Assembly (NCBI GenBank): GCA_003345545.1
Contig: PRDH01000044.1
Coordinates: 1 to 64,000 of the forward strand
Source of the DNA: Candidatus Thorarchaeota archaeon
GTDB taxonomy: Archaea > Asgardarchaeota > Thorarchaeia > Thorarchaeales > Thorarchaeaceae
DNA length: 64,000 nucleotides
Direction of reading: 5' to 3'
Part shown: one piece after another, positions 57,285 to 64,000 of the stretch
Numbering within the stretch: position 1 is the first letter of the stretch
Layout: each line of letters begins with the position of its first letter
Translations under genes and position numbers: made by a program
Notes under the pieces: model-generated
Databases searched by the model: none
What the model saw: only the letters and a program-made list of their open reading frames with translations
Told to the model about the DNA's origin: nothing

Positions 57285-58151
57285 ATGATGCAAACAGATC
57301 TCTTTGGAAATGTTCCTGAAATCGTGATTGATATTCATGAAACTGGGGGAAAATCCATCAATTCTGTGAAGCATCTCATGACTATGATGGATAAGGAAGG
57401 AATTAGATACACTATTGAAAAAATACCAATTGGGGACATTCTTGGTGCTGATGGCATTGCGATTGAACGGAAGACGGTAAGCGATCTGGTGAATACGTTG
57501 AAGGGGAGCGCTGCGGGCGTACCACGATTCACAAGACAAATGGATGCATTGTTGGAATATGAGAGACCCTACATACTGATTGAGAATATTCTCGCTATCA
57601 GGAGAGATCCGGTAAAGGGATGCGTGTACATACCATTCAGCACGAAACAGACAAAGGGAAAGCCCTTCTTTGTGACAATGGAGAGAGCTGCCTTCATCCA
57701 TCCGCATTCCCTTGATGCATTGATTCAAGGCGTAAGAGAACGGGGCATTCAGGTCCTTGAGGGATACAGCGCCCTTCATTCAGCAGGGCTTCTCTATGGA
57801 GTGCTATTTGGTGATAATGAGCGCAGAGAGCAGAAGGGGCAGCGGTTGCCTATTGTACGCACTCACAAAGGGCTTGATTCCATAAACGATGAGCAAGAGT
57901 TCTTCATCGCTGGTTTTCCTGGGGTCAACGTCATTCGAGCAAGAGACCTCCTGAAACGTTTTGAAACCCCCTTCGAGGTCATCAATAGCACAGACGAATG
58001 GGGTGAGATTGCAGGAATTGGACCAAAGACGATTGCAGCAGCAAAGAAACTGCTCCACACCAATTATGACTCCAAGATCCCTTCAGAGGATGAAGACACA
58101 TCAAAAGATAGTGTTCAGGAGGAGCACGGCCCCGACAAAAAGGTTAAATGA
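57285..58151 (+). CDS. ERCC4/XPF structure-specific endonuclease (short, helicase-less)
   Basis: D.HE, GD...IERKTVSDL, YILIE; two HhH motifs (FPGVN, IAGIGPK). Confidence 0.85.
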   Translation: MMQTDLFGNVPEIVIDIHETGGKSINSVKHLMTMMDKEGIRYTIEKIPIGDILGADGIAIERKTVSDLVNTLKGSAAGVPRFTRQMDALLEYERPYILIENILAIRRDPVKGCVYIPFSTKQTKGKPFFVTMERAAFIHPHSLDALIQGVRERGIQVLEGYSALHSAGLLYGVLFGDNERREQKGQRLPIVRTHKGLDSINDEQEFFIAGFPGVNVIRARDLLKRFETPFEVINSTDEWGEIAGIGPKTIAAAKKLLHTNYDSKIPSEDEDTSKDSVQEEHGPDKKVK

Positions 58152-58213
58152 CAAGACTATTCTATGACAAAAGAATTCTACGGCAATAGAATACTCAGCT
58201 AAGGTGATGTGTA

Positions 58214-59302
58214 ATGGGAAACATTCGTGTAGCAATCGCGGGACTTGGCAACTGTGCATCGGCACTTATCCAAGGAACACACTACTACCGCAACTCAAAA
58301 GCGGAAGACGAGGTGCCGGGGTTGATGCATGTTGATTTCGGTGGTTACTTCCCGAGGGACTTCAAGTATGTTGCAGCCTTTGAAGTCAATAGAAAGAAAA
58401 TCGGTCTAGACATTGCCGATGCTATGTGGGCAGAACCAAATTGCTGCGTGATTTACGCCCGTGATGTACCAAAGACAGGTGTCAAGGTTCTTCCGGGTCC
58501 TATCTCCGATGGCGTCGCTCCGCATATGAAGGAGTCCTTCTTCACATACGATGAAAAAGAGATAGAACCAGTTGACGTGGTTGAGGAACTTAAGAAGTCT
58601 AAAGCAGATGTGCTCATCACGTACCTGCCAGTGGGTAGTGCCAAGAGCACGAGGATCTATGCTCGTGCTGCGCTGGAAGCTGGAATAGGCTATGTCAATG
58701 CAATACCCGAGTTCGTTGTTTCAGATCCCAAATCGCCAATCGCGCAGGCATTCGAGAAGAAGGGATTACCATGCGCAGGCGACGACGTCAAGAGCCAGCT
58801 GGGAGCCACAATCCTCCATAGAGTACTTGCACAACTGTTCGACCAGAGAGGGCTCATTATTGAGAACACCTATCAACTGAACATAGGAGGTAATACCGAC
58901 TTTGAGAACATGCAGGTCGAAAACAGGCTGAGCTCAAAGAGAATAAGCAAGACGGAAGCCGTGACCAGCTGCGTAGACTATGAACTGCCAACCAAGATTG
59001 GGCCGAGCGACTATGTGCCTTTCTTAGGAGACAATAAGATCTGCTATATCAGCATGAGATCAAGGTCATTTGGAAACCAACCGATTGACCTCGACCTAAA
59101 GCTCTCAGTAGAGGACTCACCAAACAGCGCTGGCGTGATCATCGATGTTGTCAGAGCCGTCAAGATAGCAATGGACCGCGGAATCGGCGGAGAGCTATCA
59201 AGCATTTCCTCGTACAGCTTCAAGCACCCAAGATATCAGATTGATGATTTTGAGGGCAGAAAGAGAGTCGATGAGTTCATCGAGGGAAAGAGAGAACGCT
59301 GA
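58214..59302 (+). CDS. ino1: Myo-inositol-1-phosphate synthase
   Basis: GLGNCASALIQG, YLPVGS, GDDVKSQLGAT, YQLNIGGNTDF, SKRISKT, DSPNSAG. Confidence 0.95.
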   Translation: MGNIRVAIAGLGNCASALIQGTHYYRNSKAEDEVPGLMHVDFGGYFPRDFKYVAAFEVNRKKIGLDIADAMWAEPNCCVIYARDVPKTGVKVLPGPISDGVAPHMKESFFTYDEKEIEPVDVVEELKKSKADVLITYLPVGSAKSTRIYARAALEAGIGYVNAIPEFVVSDPKSPIAQAFEKKGLPCAGDDVKSQLGATILHRVLAQLFDQRGLIIENTYQLNIGGNTDFENMQVENRLSSKRISKTEAVTSCVDYELPTKIGPSDYVPFLGDNKICYISMRSRSFGNQPIDLDLKLSVEDSPNSAGVIIDVVRAVKIAMDRGIGGELSSISSYSFKHPRYQIDDFEGRKRVDEFIEGKRER

Positions 59303-59320
59303 TTTTCGATGAATAGAGAT

Positions 59321-59356
59321 GTGAGCCAGCCCAGAGTGAATCTGGGCTGATCTCAC
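59321..59356. terminator. Inverted repeat between convergent genes
   Basis: gtgag-c-cagcccaga-gtgaa-tctgggctg-at-ctcac. Confidence 0.55.
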
Positions 59357-59361
59357 AGAGT

Positions 59362-60510
59362 TCAGATTGCTGTGAAACTCTGTACTGCTTCTTCATCAAG
59401 CTTCTGGAGGACTTCAATGAGAAGTCTGACTGCATTCTCCACATCGTCGAAATCCAGAATCCCGTGATGAGAGTGAATATACCTCGTTGGAATCCCAAGG
59501 AACAGAGATGGTGCGCCCATTCCTGCGAGATGAATAATGCCTGCATCAGTACCCCCAACTTTCAGGAAAGCAGGTTGATGCTTGATCTCTTTCTCTTCTG
59601 CGATATCTAGCACGAATTTGCGGAGTCGAGGATTGGGAACCATCGACCCGTCTCCGGCCGATATTGAAACGCCTTTTCCCATTTTCTGCACAAGGCCTTC
59701 AACGCCGGGCGAGTCACCCGAGATGTCGACGTCCAGAGCGAATCCGACTTGGGGCTTGAGCATCTGTGATGCAGTTCGTGCGCCTCGAAGACCCACTTCC
59801 TCTTGGGTTGTGGATACGAAGTAGACTTCATTGGGGAGAGCTATCTTGTTCTCTGAGATGCGCTTGAGAGCCTCAAGAACTATGAACACTCCGATTCGAT
59901 CATCAAAAGCCTTAGCCACGCCAAGTGTCACGTCGCGGGTCTCTTCTTTGGCATCCTTATCATCTTCTTTCTTTTCTTTTCGAGTTCGCTTCATCAATCG
60001 GAAGGTCGCATGAGGTACCGCGGGGTCACCAACCTCGATACCGAGTTGCTTCACTTCTTCCGCAGAGGAACAACCAATGTCAATGAACATCTTCTCCTTT
60101 GTGACGACCTTCGCTCGGTCTTCTGGAGACAAGATGTGAGGTGGTGTGGCACCAATGACACCTATCACCTTCGCGCCACCCTTGGTGGGATTGATGACTA
60201 CCTCCTGTGACAGCAATGTCTGGTCGAACCAGCCCCCAAGCTGATAAAAGGAAAGGTATCCGTCTTTCTTGATTTCGGTAATGACAAAGCCAATCTCGTC
60301 AACGTGTCCTGCAAGCATGATTTTGGGGCCGCCCTTCCCCTTTCGGAAGATGACCGATCCCAGACCATCATGAAGAACTTCGTCAGCGTACTTCTTGCCG
60401 TAATCTTGAACAATCTTCTGAGCCTCGTGTTCGTAACCACTGGGTCCAAACGAATTACAGAGGGTCTCGAGGAATTTTAAGTCAAGTTTCAAGTCAGTCA
60501 TAGAACTCAT
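59362..60510 (-). CDS. M42 family aminopeptidase (TET-like)
   Basis: GPSGYE, GHVDEIG, KAFDDRIG, QEEVGLRGA, GGTDAG, RYIHS. Start moved to 60510 to avoid overlapping the Rab gene. Confidence 0.92.
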   Translation of the reverse strand: MSSMTDLKLDLKFLETLCNSFGPSGYEHEAQKIVQDYGKKYADEVLHDGLGSVIFRKGKGGPKIMLAGHVDEIGFVITEIKKDGYLSFYQLGGWFDQTLLSQEVVINPTKGGAKVIGVIGATPPHILSPEDRAKVVTKEKMFIDIGCSSAEEVKQLGIEVGDPAVPHATFRLMKRTRKEKKEDDKDAKEETRDVTLGVAKAFDDRIGVFIVLEALKRISENKIALPNEVYFVSTTQEEVGLRGARTASQMLKPQVGFALDVDISGDSPGVEGLVQKMGKGVSISAGDGSMVPNPRLRKFVLDIAEEKEIKHQPAFLKVGGTDAGIIHLAGMGAPSLFLGIPTRYIHSHHGILDFDDVENAVRLLIEVLQKLDEEAVQSFTAI

Positions 60511-60601
60511 CTCAAACGGTGTAATCAGTACCCAGAAACAACACGTGTCCCTTTTTGTCATTTTTGTATCAGCATGGATGTCAGGGAGCGCACAGCAAGA
60601 T

Positions 60602-61141
60602 TCACTGGAGGGTGTATTTGGCAAGCAAATAGAAGGCCTGCTCCACGTTCTGTCCAGATAGAGCACTTGTCTCTAGGTATCCTGACAGATTGTTCTCCTT
60701 CACGAAGTCAAGCGCCATCTCAGTGGTGATGATCCGATTCTCGACAAGATCCACCTTGTTTGCCAGTAGAATTATGGGAATCCTCTCACCGAGAGAGGTT
60801 TCAGTTTCCTGAATCCACTTGGGCAGCTCAATCCATGTACTCTTTCTTGTACAGTCGAACAATAGAAGAGCACCCTTGCTTCCTCGATAATAACTTCCGC
60901 GGATGAAATCGAACCTCTGTTGACCAGCCAGGTCCCAAACGAGCAGTTTTACGACGACATTGCGGCCATTCGCGGTTTCAACCTCGACAGTCTTCACAGC
61001 GAATTGCGAGCCAATAGTCACGATATACTCCTCAGAAAACTTGTGGGTGAGGAATCGGTTGACAAGTGCGGTCTTTCCACTGCCACCTGCTCCGATCATT
61101 ACGACCTTCCGCATGTAGTCAAAACCGCCGCTACTACTCAA
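60602..61141 (-). CDS. Rab-like small GTPase
   Basis: GAGGSGKT, YIVTIG, WDLAGQQRF, YYRG, NKVD, ETSAL. Confidence 0.92.
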   Translation of the reverse strand: MSSSGGFDYMRKVVMIGAGGSGKTALVNRFLTHKFSEEYIVTIGSQFAVKTVEVETANGRNVVVKLLVWDLAGQQRFDFIRGSYYRGSKGALLLFDCTRKSTWIELPKWIQETETSLGERIPIILLANKVDLVENRIITTEMALDFVKENNLSGYLETSALSGQNVEQAFYLLAKYTLQ

Positions 61142-61400
61142 GTGTTCACCTCACCCGTTAAGGGGGTCGCATCTGCTCTGGACCATATTCGGACAGGTCA
61201 GAGTGTACACTACCTTGTTCCACCCTTCAGTGTCCTTATTCAAACTTGGATTGTCGGTATTTAGCCATTTCTGGGTTTAATGCCCTGTAGTAACTCATGT
61301 TCTAGAATCAAATGGGAGGAAGTTGGCGCGTTAGTCAACTCGGGCCGAATCAGTTTATATCGTGTCGTACGGGCTCAGCACGTGCAGTGAGGTACAGAAG

Positions 61401-61586
61401 ATGCAACTAGTGACAGTCAAGATGAGCGAGATCTATGTAAGCGGGCTCGACAAGCTCGTTGAGATTGGCATGTACCCATCAAGAAGCGAAGCAATCAGAG
61501 TAGCAATCAGAGACCTCTTGCGACGTGAACTCTGGCCAGAAAACGGTAGCCCACTTACCGAGGAGAACAAGTCAGAGGAGCAATAA
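61401..61586 (+). CDS. Ribbon-helix-helix (CopG/CdrS-like) regulator
   Basis: MQLVTVKM...LDKLV..GMYPSRSEAIRVAIRDLL. Confidence 0.88.
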   Translation: MQLVTVKMSEIYVSGLDKLVEIGMYPSRSEAIRVAIRDLLRRELWPENGSPLTEENKSEEQ

Positions 61587-61648
61587 TAGGGGTCCCATGC
61601 CCACAATACACATTAGGAAACATATTAAGTCAAAGTCACAGTCACCAT

Positions 61649-62191
61649 ATGACAAGGAGGATTAGAGGTTTGAACTTCAGAGTCTTCTTCAAGAGCGTCA
61701 AATTCGCTTTCCGCGCCAAGAAACGAGTGATTCCATTCATGATTGTGTATGCCATACTGTTCATTGTTGTCTCAGATGGACTGCTATCGTCAGACTATCT
61801 GTGGTATCTTCTGATGGCATTCATAGTATCCACTTTCTATGCGATTCTTATCTCTCAATTCAGACGGCGAGATATGTCTGTCTTCAAATGCATAGGATGG
61901 GGCAACAATGATGTCATGCTTCTAGTGATAGGAGAAGTACTACTTGTTACGATAGCATCGTTTTTGGCCATGCTTCAAATCAGCTTTGAAATCATGGGAA
62001 TAATCGCATACTTCAGCATTGACCTGGGTTCTGGAACACTCTTCCAAGCAGTATACTATTTCGTGGTCATCGACGCGGTGCCACTATTCACAACTTTCTT
62101 TGTGATTCTGGGACTTCAGATACCAGGCCTATTCATAGCTCAGCGCAGGGCTGTTTCAGTTCCGCCAATGAAGGCATTGAGGGAGGAATAA
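61649..62191 (+). CDS. Minimal FtsX/MacB-type ABC permease
   Basis: Four TM helices; RRRDMSVFKCIGW; C-terminal RRA..PPMKALR. Confidence 0.8.
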   Translation: MTRRIRGLNFRVFFKSVKFAFRAKKRVIPFMIVYAILFIVVSDGLLSSDYLWYLLMAFIVSTFYAILISQFRRRDMSVFKCIGWGNNDVMLLVIGEVLLVTIASFLAMLQISFEIMGIIAYFSIDLGSGTLFQAVYYFVVIDAVPLFTTFFVILGLQIPGLFIAQRRAVSVPPMKALREE

Positions 62192-62193
62192 AA

Positions 62194-62871
62194 ATGGTAC
62201 AACCAATCATACAGGTTCAGGGAGCTAACAAGGAATTCGGTAAAGGAAAGAACACTGTTGCAGCTCTGAAAGACGTGAACCTCGAGATCCAGAGAGGCGA
62301 ATTCGTGGCCGTTGTCGGTCCGAGTGGATGCGGCAAATCAACCCTGCTTCATGTCATGGCCGGTCTTGAGCAACCGACATCGGGTCGAATACTGGTCGAC
62401 GGAGTCGATGTCACACTCATTAGCGAGAGGGATCTCCCCAAGGTCCGTATGCAGAAGATAGGTTTCGTGTTCCAAGCGTTCCTGCTCATTGAGGACTTGA
62501 CAGCCTATGAGAATGTAGAGGCAGTCCTCTGGCCCAGTGTAGACTATACAAAGGAGAAGCAGGAAGCCAGGACATTGGAAGTCCTGAGAGAAGTCGACAT
62601 GCTAGAGCGTCGCGACCATTTCCCACGACAGATGAGTGGTGGAGAGCAACAACGCATAGCAATAGCAAGAGCATTAGTTAATGGTCCTCCGATTCTGTTC
62701 TGCGATGAGCCTACAGGCAATCTCGACTCAAAGACCGGCGAGAACATTCTGAAAATCATTGCCCAGCTCAACAAGGAGAAGAACATGACAGTCGTTCTTG
62801 TCACCCATAATGAGGAACTCGTGAAGTTTGCCAAGAAGATTCTCCATATGAAAGATGGCGTGGTTAGATAG
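62194..62871 (+). CDS. ABC ATP-binding protein (LolD/MacB family)
   Basis: [34 protein letters not shown]. Confidence 0.93.
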   Translation: MVQPIIQVQGANKEFGKGKNTVAALKDVNLEIQRGEFVAVVGPSGCGKSTLLHVMAGLEQPTSGRILVDGVDVTLISERDLPKVRMQKIGFVFQAFLLIEDLTAYENVEAVLWPSVDYTKEKQEARTLEVLREVDMLERRDHFPRQMSGGEQQRIAIARALVNGPPILFCDEPTGNLDSKTGENILKIIAQLNKEKNMTVVLVTHNEELVKFAKKILHMKDGVVR

Positions 62872-62905
62872 GCAGAAGATCATTGCTTCTGGAGGCAGGA
62901 AACAG

Positions 62906-63739
62906 ATGCAGCCGGCAGATTGCCAGAAGCAAGAGGACCTTGCGGAGAAGCTGGCGACCAGCGGTAGTAATGCTGATGCTATGGCGCAATTCATCAAGGC
63001 AGCCAACTGCTGGAAGGGATGGGAGGTGTTCTCGAAGGCCGCGAATGCCTACGAGAGAGCATACGAACATGGCATGCTATCTCAAAACTACGCAGCGGCG
63101 GCAGCAATAATGATTGAAGCAGGTTCATCTTGGATGAAACAAGGTGAACACGACAAATTCGAGATTGACTGCCAAATCGCCGCGGAGGCATATGTTTCTG
63201 CTGCGGAAGAAGAGAAGGATTTGATCTACTTAGTTGATGGCGCATTCTGCGCAATCACTGGAGGAAATCTGGAGTTCGCTCGTGATTTGATCAAGACCGT
63301 GAGAGAGAGTGCGAAGGGGACCTTGGATGAGATCCTATTCGTAGCCTTGATGCTCAGTGAATATCGATTCGATGACGCGGATCGTGCTATCGAGTCCAAG
63401 CTAGTCAAGACTGTTGATGTAAGTAGGCTCGCAAAGATCAGGAGGACATTCTCGCATGTCTTGGCAGGTTTTGTGCGCTCATCCCTCGAAGCAGAGGCAG
63501 CAGTAACGATTGCGGGTCTGGAACAAAGTACGGGTCTTGAGCGAAAGAAGCTCAGGATGCTGATACAAAAAGGCATACAGGAGGGCCTGATTCCAGCGTA
63601 CTTGGACGAGGAGTCTGACGAACTTGTGGTAGACACAGATCGCTATGACGTTTCAAGCCTTGAAACACGAAAGGGGCCCATAATGAGCCGTGACCTTGAA
63701 GATCCTGGCGCGTGGGACTTGGATCTCGATGAGGACTGA
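62906..63739 (+). CDS. SNAP/TPR-like helical repeat protein with a PCI-like winged helix
   Basis: FIKAANCW...KAANAYERA helical repeats; [12 protein letters not shown]...[16 protein letters not shown]....LVV. The ATG at 62906 is preferred. Confidence 0.65.
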   Translation: MQPADCQKQEDLAEKLATSGSNADAMAQFIKAANCWKGWEVFSKAANAYERAYEHGMLSQNYAAAAAIMIEAGSSWMKQGEHDKFEIDCQIAAEAYVSAAEEEKDLIYLVDGAFCAITGGNLEFARDLIKTVRESAKGTLDEILFVALMLSEYRFDDADRAIESKLVKTVDVSRLAKIRRTFSHVLAGFVRSSLEAEAAVTIAGLEQSTGLERKKLRMLIQKGIQEGLIPAYLDEESDELVVDTDRYDVSSLETRKGPIMSRDLEDPGAWDLDLDED

Positions 63740-63849
63740 ACTCTAGAGCCCATGCCTGTACGTACAAGCAATGTGACTCCCCTAGAAAACGTTTTTAATC
63801 CCGTTGCTGACTCTCACACTGCCCGCCCATGTCACGGCAGGTGGTTCTA

Positions 63850-64000
63850 ATGGCTGAAGGGCTAAAATGGTTCCAGTGTCCGGTCTGCAAAGAGTCGATA
63901 CACTGGGAAGTACCAACAGATGAGCTCAAGGAAGTGAAACGATTTCCAGCCCCTATTGTGATCAAACACAAGAACCACTATCTCATCTGCTATTTGGATA
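63850..64000 (+). CDS. Small putative zinc-binding protein, 3'-truncated by the window edge
   Basis: Hand translation MAEGLKWFQCPVCKESIHWEVPTDELKEVKRFPAPIVIKHKNHYLICYLD... (CxxC...HxxH); TTTTTAAT upstream. Confidence 0.65.
   Translation, partial: MAEGLKWFQCPVCKESIHWEVPTDELKEVKRFPAPIVIKHKNHYLICYLD

Noticed and set aside
60511-60666. N-terminal extension of the M42 peptidase in the ORF track (similar extensions at 17883, 49348, 53847, 61362 and 62855)
   Set aside because: They overlap neighbouring genes or promoters and precede the family N-terminus; downstream ATGs were chosen.
1-64000. Numerous 60-200 aa ORFs antisense to or overlapping the long genes
   Set aside because: Shadow ORFs of well-supported genes, with Ser-rich or otherwise atypical composition and no motifs.

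Overview
Archaeal chromosomal window with the gene repertoire of an Asgard archaeon, most likely Thorarchaeia. This is inferred from four small GTPases, roadblock, longin/DENN-like, TPR and PCI-domain proteins, and a stand-alone EF-2 paralog with an HTG diphthamide-loop motif. Contents, left to right: (1) an Fe3+/thiamine/polyamine-family ABC importer, transcribed divergently from three surface-anchored proteins that share a GldG/GIFT/DUF4350-like domain (one tandem-duplicated, one fused to a PHP phosphoesterase, one to a Zn-phospholipase C/S1-P1 domain); (2) GGPP synthase, tldD/pmbA, phzF-like, tetraether synthase (tes), ileS, EF-2 paralog and tRNA-Gln(CUG); (3) the archaeal CoA pathway (pok, pps, panE, coaBC), a gingipain-like surface protease, rtcB, SSB and tmk; (4) a putative B12 capture/ECF module, XPF, inositol-1-P synthase, M42 peptidase, a Rab-like GTPase and an ABC exporter. 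The most novel signals are in the intergenic gaps: three candidate structured ncRNAs (about 19185-19330 minus, about 30745-30843 minus, about 52295-52492 plus) and a structured leader in front of the EF-2 paralog, all with G-U strand asymmetry, plus a tRNA with C33 instead of the near-invariant U33. No CRISPR array, rRNA or mobile element was seen. All family calls come from motif recognition by eye, and RNA folds were paired by hand.
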